Part shown: in pieces, positions 9,807 through 19,590 of the stretch | Layout: the number at the start of each line of letters is the position of its first letter | How positions within the stretch are numbered: position 1 is the first letter of the stretch | DNA from: Octopus sinensis | Taxonomy: Eukaryota | Assembly: GCF_006345805.1 (NCBI RefSeq) | Contig: NW_021824231.1 | Span: 1-19,590, forward strand | Length of the DNA stretch: 19,590 nt | Reading direction: 5' to 3' | The notes under the pieces: generated by a model | Database searches by the model: none | What the model was told of the DNA's origin: nothing | Seen by the model: the letters and a program-made list of their open reading frames with translations, nothing else | Translations under genes and position numbers: made by a program

Positions 9807-9945
9807 TCACTGTTACTCAACACACACACACACACACGCGCGCGCGTAGATCTATACATACACGCACATACAAACTCGCACACAGACATATATGTATGTA
9901 TGTATGTATGTATATATATATATATATATATATAATTATAATATA

Positions 9946-10702
9946 ACAATAAGGGTTTAGCAACAAGTTGCTTGACCACATACCGAAAATTTTTTTAAAT
10001 AGCAGCCAAAGGACTACTATTTCCTTTTTCTACAAAAATATGTCTCCAAAGACAACAATATTTGTAACTCACATATGGCAAAAAAAAAAAAAGAAGATAA
10101 TGAAATCAAACAGTCTTCGGTTAATTATGGACGTACGTTTCTGGATTAGAATCATAAGATTCATTTCCTTCATCGACATGATATTCTGATAAATAAATCT
10201 AGAAATGCTAGGAAAACTTTCCCCTTATATTTCCGACCAAGCGTCATCGGAACATATAAAAGCTAATCAGCATATCCACATTTATATAGACAAGTGAATT
10301 CGTACTTCCCTCCAAAATTCTACCACCATGTGAGTTACAAAATAGTACTGCCGAAAAAAGATTAGTAGTTTTGTCGTAGGGGAGTGAAATAATCATTACA
10401 GATATAGGGTGAAAGATAATTAATTTAATAAAATCAAGAAAATTTCACCTAGTAGTATTTCGGTATGGAAAAGGACCATATTCGGTAAAAACTTATACAA
10501 AAAGTTTTTTATATTATATATATAACAATAAGGGTTTAGCAACAAGTTGCTTGACCACATACCGAAAAATTTTTGAAATAGCAGCCAAAGGACTACTATT
10601 TCCTTATTCTACAAAAATATGTCTCCAAAGACAACAATATTTGTAACTCACATATGGCAAAAAAAGAGAAGAAAAATAATGAAATCAGTCTTCGGTTAAT
10701 TA
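9946..10702 (-). mobile_element. Non-coding element with about 180-bp direct terminal repeats and a hammerhead-like motif (retrozyme or Penelope-like pLTR)
   Basis: Direct repeats about 9946-10127 and 10525-10702 (ACAATAAGGGTTTAGCAACAAGTTGC...CAGTCTTCGGTTAATTA). The hammerhead-like motif abuts the first repeat, and the left end adjoins (TA)n. Confidence 0.6.
10127..10179 (-). ncRNA. Variant type I hammerhead-like motif
   Basis: Minus strand ATG-TCGATGA-A-GGA-AAT-GAATC-TTAT-GATTC-TAA-TCC-A-GAAAC-GTAC-GTC-CAT: stem I ATG/CAT, stem II with internal loop, palindromic ACGTACGT stem III and GUC triplet. The core reads TCGATGA instead of CTGATGA. Confidence 0.55.
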
Positions 10703-10809
10703 ACAAAAATGGGTATATGAAAAACCTCTTGTTTTTTAATTTTTCATACACCCACTTTTGTTAAAATTTACTTTCAGTTTAGCATTCTGCCTTATTATTT
10801 TTTCCTCTC

Positions 10810-10891
<82 letters not shown>

Positions 10892-11669
10892 ATATTATAT
10901 TTTATAGATAAATTTCCTCTATTTACATAATATTGAGGTCTCTTTCTTTCTTTTGTTATCTTACCGTTTTTACCAATATATATATATATACAAATGTGCT
11001 TTTACGCTACTCTAAGTGGTTTAGCTGTTACTTCTAGCAGTATACGAGCTTGTAGCACATACAAGTAATGACGACTAAATTTTGCCTATATGATTTCTAG
11101 TGCGCCAGCTGCCCACATTAATACTTACTGAAACGTATATACACTCTCTCACATACACACTTTTAGTAAAAACAGGTTCACATTAATTACATAATTTGGT
11201 GGACGCATGTCTGTAAACTTAGTCTGGTGTGACTGATAGCGAATTTAGCCATGTATAGCCGCCATATACACGGTGTTACTACATTCGTTAAGCTCTTTGT
11301 TAAATAAACATTTCTGGTCGAGTTACTCTTGACAAACGTCTAATGTTTAATATATACAATCATATACATGGGTGAGTGTGTGTGTGTGGCAGTGTGTTAC
11401 ATGGTTCATTGCTGTATATGCATGTGGTTAATTAGCTTTGCTATAATGAAACCTTTTTTTTTTATCCATATCTTAAGAGATAGTCGTATGTTTTAGGAAA
11501 AAAGCAACTGGCTCACAAACGTATGGCGGCAACATTTTCGTCTCAATGAATCAGGGTTTTGTGTCTCGGGAAATCAAGATTCACGCCTAACGAGAATATT
11601 TCTTCCTGCGGCATTGGTGGTGGCGACGATCCAGATTGTTATATTGTTATTTACTATAATGTTTACATG

Positions 11670-11705
<36 letters not shown>

Positions 11706-12030
11706 GGCGCAGGAGTGGCTGTGTGATAAGTAGTTTGCTTACCATTCACATGGTTCCGGGTTCAGTCCCACTGCATGGCACCTTGGGCAAGTGTCTTCTA
11801 CTATAGCCTCTGGTCGACCAAAGCCTTGTGAGTGGATTTGGTAGACGGAAACTGAAAGAAGCCCGTCGTATATGTATGTGTGTGTGTGTGTGTGTTTGTG
11901 CGTCTGTGTTTGTCCCCCCAACATCGCTTGACAACCGATGCTGGTGTGTTTACGTCCCCGTGACTTTGCGGTTCGTCTTAAGAGACCGATAGAATAAGTA
12001 CTAGGCTTATAATAGTAAAAGAGTAAAGAG
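11706..12030 (+). mobile_element. SINE family A, 5' intact, 3' part internally deleted
   Basis: Head GGCGCAGGAGTGGCTGTGTGATAAG...GGTTCAGTCCC, family A body, GTAAAAGAGTAAAGAG tail. Confidence 0.85.
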
Positions 12031-12048
12031 TATACATACACACACGCG

Positions 12049-12093
<45 letters not shown>

Positions 12094-12094
<1 letters not shown>

Positions 12095-12229
12095 TTTCGC
12101 ATTTCGATACAAGGCCAGCAATACCGAGGATGGGCATAGGTCGATTACATCGACCCCAGCACTCAACTGGTACTTATCGGAAGTACCAGTTCGATCTCGA
12201 AAGGACAAAAGGCAAATTCGACCTCGGCA
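12094..12229 (-). mobile_element. SINE family B 3' fragment
   Basis: TCGATTACATCGACCCCAGCACTCAACTGGTACTTAT...AAAGGCAAATTCGACCTCGGC is shared with the other family B copies. Confidence 0.7.
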
Positions 12230-12259
12230 GATAGATAGATAGATAAATAGATAGATAGG

Positions 12260-12298
<39 letters not shown>

Positions 12299-12364
12299 GT
12301 AGGTAGGTAGGTAGGTAGGTTGGTAGGTAGGTAGGTTGGTAGATAAATAGATAAATAGATAGAT
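12229..12364. repeat. (GATA)n/(GGTA)n tetranucleotide microsatellite
   Basis: Directly visible. Confidence 0.95.
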
Positions 12365-12558
12365 GTGTGTGTAAACTTCAGGAAACAACATTTGTAGCTC
12401 AAGAGCGATTGAAAGAGATTTGCTTGAAATACTGTTCTCAGATACCTTTTTAAAGCCATTTTCTACGACATACATTAATGAATGGATCACGCATATATAT
12501 ACAGCAGACACCAGATAGAAAACAGGGGAAGGTGTATCGATTAACTATTCTTTGTGGT

Positions 12559-12767
12559 TTAACCTTTTGATACCAACCGACATGAGACAGAGTCCACGGT
12601 TCTCACACAAATTTATTGTTTAAAGTGATCGAAATTAAAAGTCTCCATTAAATTTCGTGCTAATTTTTGTTAGAAGCAGCCATCTTGATAAGTTCTTTAT
12701 TACTTTGAAAATCAACTCAAACCAAAGGCAGTGTATTTTAATAGAAATATGAAAAGAAAACGGTTAA
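12559..12767. mobile_element. TTAA-flanked MITE (piggyBac-like ends), diverged
   Basis: TTAA-CCTTTTGATACCA ... ATATGAAAAGAAAACGG-TTAA: TTAA on both sides with degenerate terminal inverted repeats. Confidence 0.45.
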
Positions 12768-12800
12768 CATGGAGACAAGTTAAGTCTGTAGCAATTTATG

Positions 12801-13074
12801 GGTTGTAGGAAATTTTACTGTAAACAATTTCGCTGTAGGAAAATTCGCCACGAGAAATGACCTCATCGTTTTAAATTACCTCATCAGGTTTTTTTAATGT
12901 TCGACGTTGGGTAAAGACTTGCCGGTTTAGTTTTGTTCTAAACCATTCATCAGTTTTTTATTTTTTAAAAATGCTGATATAATACAACTTTATCATTGTC
13001 TATACGGAGAATTTACTTTACAAAGAATTTTCCGGAACACGGCGAAATTTCTTAGGGTGAATTTTTCGCACACG
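12801..13074. mobile_element. Fold-back MITE with about 15-bp subterminal repeats
   Basis: The left arm repeats TGTAGGAAATTTTAC / TGTAAACAATTTCGC / TGTAGGAAAATTCGC; the right arm carries degenerate inverted units (TACGGAGAATTTAC, CGGCGAAATTTCTTA, GGTGAATTTTTC). Confidence 0.5.
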
Positions 13075-13258
13075 CAATTTACAAATGGACAAGAGGAAAA
13101 CCAAAAACATAAAGAACATGGAATTGATAAAGGTAAAGAATCATCAGATTCGTATCTGATTTTGGTAAAATCTAAGACAAAGAGTAAAATTCATGTGAAG
13201 CACCACCAACCAGAAATTGTTATCTGGGATATATAAAAACACAATCTCCCTTTCTACT

Positions 13259-13301
<43 letters not shown>

Positions 13302-13390
13302 TCTCTCTCTCAATAAGTATGTACAGCATTTATGCAAAAGATTTGTGTGTATGTGTGTATGTGTGTGCTATACTGAATAACCTAGCTTAC

Positions 13391-13743
13391 TGTCAGTGGT
13401 GTCCAGTCCGTTGATTTTCTTCATATTCTCATCTTTCTCCTTAAGATCATCACTGTCGCTGTCACCAGCTTTATCTCGACCGTCTCCGTCATCATTGTCA
13501 CCACAACGATTCCGAGGGGACCACGTCATTTTGTTCTCTTTCTTAAGTCTTCGCCTGGCATTCGCAAACCAGGTGGACACCTGGGTAAGGGTCATTTTTG
13601 TGATTATAGCCAACATAATTTTCTCTCCTTTCGTTGGGTAGGGGTTTTTTCGGTGTTCGTAAAGCCATGCTTTTAAAGTGTTCGTAGTTTCACGAGTCGC
13701 GTTTTTCCTCCGGGCAGCGCCATTTAAATCCATCGTTCCATAC
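13391..13743 (-). CDS. Irx: Internal coding exon of an Iroquois-class (TALE) homeobox transcription factor: homeodomain plus start of the acidic region
   Basis: Translation [79 protein letters not shown] followed by a D/E-rich tract is the diagnostic Irx homeodomain (TALE PYP loop, WFANARRR). Acceptor ctctctctgctctctag|G at 13744/13743; donor CA|GTAAGC at 13391/13390. The paralog cannot be assigned, and no IRO-box exon was seen in the window. Confidence 0.96.
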
Positions 13744-14518
13744 CTAGAGAGCAGAGAGAGAAAATAAATAGATTATACGGACATAGACGCACATATATAG
13801 AAACTGTATACATACACACATAGATATGGTCCTTATGGTTGATGCCATTGGAATATAGGGGAAGACTAAAATTAGAAATCCTTCTTCCAAGAGCCTACTG
13901 CTCATAAACATACAGTTTGCAATATACCAGGAAACGATCAGATTTCACCTGGAAGTTCCAAGAAATTCATATTCCTAAGAATAATCTGTTGAGATTCATT
14001 TCATTTTGTGACTCAGAACATGGGAAACTAAATACTTACGTTCCACCGTAAGAATACGTCATTGAAGGTTCGTATGGGTAACATGCTCCTGATTGAGTGA
14101 TCCCCCGCCAGGCGTCAGTGCTGTCTTTTAGTTCATATGATGTGTTCTGAAAATAGAAATATAACAGTGAATGTATTAATTTATAGGAAATCCAATGGCT
14201 GTATGAGTGATCCAATACCGCGGGCTAAAGTTTTGCACCGATGGATTTGAAATTCTGCACAGGAGCATATTTTGTCAAGGAAGGTGTCATATATTGTGTA
14301 ACATTTTCCTGATAGAAAAACAAAAACAGAGATAAAAACAAAAACGAGAATATTGTTTATATTAACCGCAATCACTGCTATAGATATTGGGAAAATTTAT
14401 TGATTAGAAAATTAATTCATTTTAAGAAATGTATTTGAATAAATATGTTTTACTAATAAATACAACAGATACAAATAAATAAAAACAAAATTGCATTTTA
14501 GGTTCTATGTATATGTAG

Positions 14519-14996
<478 letters not shown>

Positions 14997-15754
14997 CAAG
15001 AAATTAACCCTCAGTTTCGCGAATTATCCCCTTTTTTCAGAGCCAATCACAACTGTTGCCATAGTCTGTTTTGTTACTCATTCACCAACTAAGAGGTAAA
15101 GTTTCAACTAATTAAATATATTCAGCAGCTCATTCGCCTCCTTTTCTTATTCACTAAAGAAACGACCGAGGTGTTTTAGTTGGTATTTATTTTATCGACC
15201 GCGGACGGATTACAAACGAATCTTCGAGGAATTTAAATTTAGTAATACGAAACCACATACAAGCATATAACATGGGTATTATAGAGGGAGAGATTAGCTA
15301 CATAATTAAAGCGAGCAATACTTAATCCGCCGACAAACTACCGCCGTTAAAGCCGCCTCGTTTCAGCGTTATTATTTTGTTTTCTAAGCACAAGATTTTC
15401 CTTCTTTTTTTTTTTTTTCAAACCGAAAAATAATAGATGAGATTGTCTCGTGTTTACTATATCATGAGTAGCCATTTTACAAAGGATCAGTTGTATGGAA
15501 GATAGCATCAATTCCAAAGAGTTTGCGAAAGAAATTTAAAAGGAATGGTAGGAAGATTCAAAGATGCGTTTTTTTAGCGTTACGTAGCTCCGTACTTACG
15601 TTTGTTCTATTGTTACAACCACCATTTTCTCGCAACAAGGATAAAAGCGGTTTTCAGTTACAAGACATACACATACATACATGACAAACATTACGCACAT
15701 GCATGGATACATACACACACATACACATACACATACACACACACACGCACACAT

Positions 15755-15860
15755 CCGAAAGGATGAAAGGCCAGCTTGAACTCGGTTGAATTTGAAACCA
15801 GAACGTAAGAACTGCAAGAAATACAGCGTGAAATTTTTTCCGATGCACTAATGATTCTAC
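15755..15860 (-). mobile_element. SINE family B fragment
   Basis: CCGAAAGGATGAAAGGC...GAATTTGAAACCAGAACGTAAG. Confidence 0.6.
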
Positions 15861-15930
15861 CTCCTCCTCCTCCTCCTCCTCCTCCTCCTCCTCCCCCTCC
15901 CTTTCTTCCCCTCCTCCTTTGTATTATTAT

Positions 15931-16005
15931 AGTTCAAATTCCGCCGAAATCGACTTTACTTTTCATCCTTTCGGAGTAGTTTAAACAAGAACTAGTTGGG
16001 CACTT
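15931..16005 (+). mobile_element. SINE family B fragment, opposite orientation to 15755-15860
   Basis: AGTTCAAATTCCGCCGAAATCGACTTTACTTTTCATCCTTTCGG. Confidence 0.65.
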
Positions 16006-16007
16006 GC

Positions 16008-16052
<45 letters not shown>

Positions 16053-16065
16053 CATTATTATTATT

Positions 16066-16158
16066 CAGTAGTCTTATTTTTATCACGTGCTTTCACTGCA
16101 CTACCGAGCGCAGCCCTGTGTGCCTTGGGTATGTACTGTGGTTTCTTGTGTTGCTCTT
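16066..16158 (-). mobile_element. Short LINE-like 3' end inserted in (TAA)n
   Basis: Minus strand ...CCCAAGGCACACAGGGCTGCGCTCGGTAGTGCAGTGAAAGCACGTGATAAAAATAAGACTACTG runs directly into (AAT)n. Confidence 0.4.
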
Positions 16159-16392
16159 ATTTTTACTATTATCATTATTATTATTAATAATAATACATTT
16201 CGAAATCTCTCAGAGAGATATATGCAGTAGCAGCACAATAAAGTGATAGTATGTTGTCAACTTAATGTGAAAGTCCCACGAAAGGGAAGAATGCTACTGT
16301 TATTTAGCCCTAATCAGTTAATGTATTTCACTTGAATTATTATATGTTTTCAAAGGTGGATGGCCATCGACAGCCAGCAAGCCATGCTACTC

Positions 16393-16431
16393 CAGACTGA
16401 TGATGGGCAATGACTCTGAAACTAGTTTCTG
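16393..16431 (+). ncRNA. Minimal type I hammerhead ribozyme motif
   Basis: CAGA-CTGATGA-TGGG-CAATGA-CTCT-GAAAC-TA-GTT-TCTG: stem I CAGA/TCTG, canonical core, short stem II, palindromic ACTAGT stem III, GUU triplet. Outer pairing AGCCAGC(16372-78)/GCTGGCT(16435-41). Confidence 0.75.
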
Positions 16432-16737
16432 AAAGCTGGCTTTGCAGGGTGGAGGTGCTCGTCTCAACTTTGAAAACATAAGGACACAGAAAATGGAATC
16501 TAGGTGTCTTCCGGGCAAACCAACTATTTTGTCAAAGCGATGCATGAAAGAACACAAGAATCAAACTGACTAACAACTGGAGGATAATGCCACTCGAATA
16601 CACACACGCGCACGCACACACACACACACACGTATCCCACACACAAATACACATATATATTCATATATACATACGTAAATACATATATACTTATATGCAT
16701 TATAATCATATAATATATATATATAGGTACAGGGGGG

Positions 16738-17131
16738 GCAGTGTAGTAAGTAGCTTGCTTACCAATCACATGGTCCTGGGTTCAGTTCTATTGCGTGGCA
16801 CCTTGGGCAAGTGTCTTCTACTATAGCCTCGGGCCGACCAAAGCCTTGTGAGTGGATTTGGTTGACGGAAACTGGAAGAAGCCCGACGTATATGTATATA
16901 AATATGCATATGTATGTGTGTGTATATTTTTGTGTTTCTGTTTGTCCTCCCCTCGACAACCGATGTTGGTGTGTTTACGTCCCCGTAACTTAGCGGTTCG
17001 GCAAAAGAGACCAATAGAATAAGTACTAGGCTTACAAAGAATAAGACCTGGAGTCGATTTGCTCGACTAAAGGCGGTGCTCCGGCATGGCCGCAGTCAAA
17101 TAACTGAAACAAGTAAAAGAGATTAAAAGAG
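16738..17131 (+). mobile_element. SINE family A, nearly full length
   Basis: GTAAGTAGCTTGCTTACCAATCACATGG...CCTTGGGCAAGTGTC...AACTGAAACAAGTAAAAGAG. Confidence 0.85.
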
Positions 17132-18456
17132 TATATATATACACACACACAAACACATATATAAATAAGCAATATGCACACACATATCTATATGTATTTT
17201 ACATGTATATATAAATACACACATGCACGCGCGCGCGCACACACACACACACACATTATAATGTAAACATGAGTGAAACATAAATGTGTGACAATTATTC
17301 TATTACTTGAATCTCTAACAATGTAGCTTTGTTTCTTTTTAATACCAAAATCTTTCTTTATAGACAGAGTTCAATATTTCGGCAGCACTCATTATAACTA
17401 AAGGTATCGATTCATTAGAAAAATCTAAAAAACGACAAAAAAAAAAAAAAAAAGAAATATCTACACACGAACATATATATATTATATGTTTGCATGCATG
17501 TATGTATGTATATATGTATGTAATTTTCTTTTTTAATTCGTAGAATTTTCTCAATAAAAGTGTCGATTTCGAACAATAAAACAAATTTCCATCGTTGGAA
17601 ATTAGACAACAGTAACAGAGATACATATGTCATTGCTTTTGTTTTTGTTGTTGGTGTATTATAATACATGCATATCTACATATATTCGTACATACCGATA
17701 CACACACAAACACACACACACACACATATATATACTCGTGTGTTTTATGTAAGGTTAATATCGAAATTGTTCAAAAGCTAATACAATGCAAATGGAAACA
17801 GAGGCGTGAAAACAGAAATAACAAAGACAAAACAACGGCTTGCACTTCATTTATGTTTCTATATTCCGGGGTTAAAAGCCTTTCGTCAGGAGAAAATGGA
17901 GGATGGTGTCGAGTCGTGCGAGACCGGCTTTCATTCTCTCCTAACGAAGGAGAAATAACTCTGAAAGACAGAAAAATTGTACCTCTTATAAATTTTTCAT
18001 TTATTATAATAGGTGCATTGGGCCTGCGTAATATAATGGCATAACTACAGTGTGTACCGCCCAGTGAAGCCTTTAAGTTTGCCGCTCCCACCTGGCCCTT
18101 TGCCGCTCCCACCTGGCCCCTAAGTCTATATAGGCTTATACAACAGCCCCAAAAGTGCCGCCGCATAAGAGAGTCACCCGGTACGGATCGCTCTTTCGTC
18201 TCTCCGTAACCACGCTACTGACGTTACAATATTTTTGTATAAAAGCAGAAATTCAAGAAATGCTGACGTTTTCCAAGAACAAATAGAGTAAATCGATTTT
18301 CATTCGCCAAATACAATCGATTAGAGGTACAGGGAAAATGTGTAAAACATTTCCGGGGGTTACTGGGCTGAAAACACGGACATAGACGTGCAATGCGTTT
18401 ACACTCTTGTATCACAAACACATGGACATCATGACAAGGCTTATCCGCATGCAGTC

Positions 18457-18920
18457 ACATATACACACTTATACACTCTTATACACTCTTATATGCACAT
18501 ATATATACACACATATACGTGTATGTATATACACACACACACACATATATACGCATATATAAATGCGCATATACACGCATAGACATATACGCATATACTC
18601 TCATACACACATAAGCAAATATACACATAGACATATACATATAGATATACACACACATACACACATATACGCACATATATAAACATGCATACGTGCACAC
18701 ACACATACAGACACACATATACTCATATACACACATACGCATACATATACAAACATGCATACGTACATATACACACACATGTATATACTCATACACACAT
18801 ATACATACATACACACACATATATATATATATACTCATATACACACATATGTACACATATACACATACGCACACATATACAAACATGCATACGTGCACAT
18901 ACGCACATACACATATATAG
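18457..18920. repeat. Degenerate (CA)/(TA) low-complexity tract
   Basis: Directly visible. Confidence 0.9.
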
Positions 18921-18925
18921 AGAGC

Positions 18926-19040
18926 TAGAACAAGTACCAGGCTTACAAAGAATAAGTTTTGGGGTCGATTTGTTCGACTAAAGACGGTGCTCCAGCATGG
19001 CCGTAGTCAAATGACTGAAACAAATAACAGAACAAAAGAA
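18926..19040 (+). mobile_element. SINE family A 3' fragment
   Basis: AGGCTTACAAAGAATAAG...GCTCCAGCATGGCCG...GACTGAAAC matches the 3' end of the 16738-17131 copy. Confidence 0.75.
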
Positions 19041-19193
19041 TGCACACGCATGCGCACATGCACGCAACAACCAGTTCATATATCCAGGACCGACAAGAGC
19101 TTTCTTGACTTAAGCAAAAGAGCTTCGTTTCTTTTTGTTAACCGCTTCGAGTTTTTAATGAATCCCAAAGGAGAATATACGTATATCATTTTC

Positions 19194-19563
19194 CTCTTTT
19201 ACTTGTTTCTACCGTTAGATTGTGGCACTGCTGGGGCACTGCTTTGAAGAGTTTTTAATCGAACGAATTGGCCCTAGCACGTGTTTTTAAAGCCTGGTAC
19301 TAACTCTATCGGTCTCTTGCATCTGTCTTAATCACACCAACACTGCGTGTTACGTGATGGTGCGAAGCACAGACACAAACACACAGATATGCACACACAT
19401 GTACATACGACGGGCTTCTTTCAGTTTCCGTCTTCTAAATCCACTCACAAGGCTTTAGTTGGCCCGAGGTTATAATAGAAGGCACTTGTCCATAGTACCA
19501 CTTTGTGGGACCGAACCCGGAACCATGTGGCTGGAAAGTAAACTTCTTACTACACAGCCATGC
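19194..19563 (-). mobile_element. SINE family A, diverged
   Basis: CGACGGGCTTCTTTCAGTTTCCGTC...GAACCCGGAACCATGTGG...ACACAGCC is the reverse complement of the family A head and body. Confidence 0.8.
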
Positions 19564-19590
19564 TTTTCTTTGACGACTTCTCCTTCATTA

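Noticed and set aside
10450-10490. Minus-strand CCGAA-TATGG-loop-CCATA-CCGAAAT as a hammerhead
   Set aside because: The hairpin is real, but the CUGANGA spacing and the NUH triplet do not fit.
11706-11775. tRNA gene
   Set aside because: tRNA-like SINE head that continues into the SINE body; no proper cloverleaf evident.
11739-12137. Recurrent peptides such as YDGLLSVSVYQIHSQGFGRPEAIVEDTCPRC in several ORFs
   Set aside because: Antisense translation of the non-coding SINE family A, not a gene family.
12801-13074. CRISPR-like short spaced repeats
   Set aside because: Eukaryotic context, degenerate adjacent 15-mers in inverted arms and no unique spacers; fits a MITE.
13396-13641. Plus-strand 81-aa ORF
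   Set aside because: Antisense shadow of the Irx exon.
13368-13733. ORF as a complete 121-aa single-exon gene
   Set aside because: Clear splice acceptor (13744) and donor (13390) show an internal exon; the ATG is internal and the last residues are intronic.

Overview
AT-rich, microsatellite-dense eukaryotic DNA; the SINE families and repeat landscape suggest an octopus or other coleoid cephalopod (inferred). The only protein-coding sequence I can support is one 353-bp internal exon (13391-13743, minus strand) encoding the TALE-class homeodomain of an Iroquois (Irx) gene, so most of the window is probably Irx intron. The remainder is two tRNA-derived SINE families (at least 14 copies or fragments), 3' ends of R4/Dong-like LINEs in (TAA)n, a Helentron-type element, MITEs and simple repeats. 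Two unusual signals stand out. First, there are four sequence-unrelated type I hammerhead ribozyme motifs (3484-3595 +, 5215-5298 -, 10127-10179 -, 16393-16431 +) plus decayed relics, inside non-coding elements, three of them flanked by (TA)n. One element has a direct repeat (575-bp period) whose edge lies 2 nt from the predicted cleavage site, as expected for a retrozyme or Penelope-like element. Second, a U6 snRNA retrocopy is fused directly to the 5' end of a full-length SINE and enclosed in a SINE inverted repeat. The other ORFs in the track are repeat artefacts or have no recognisable homology.
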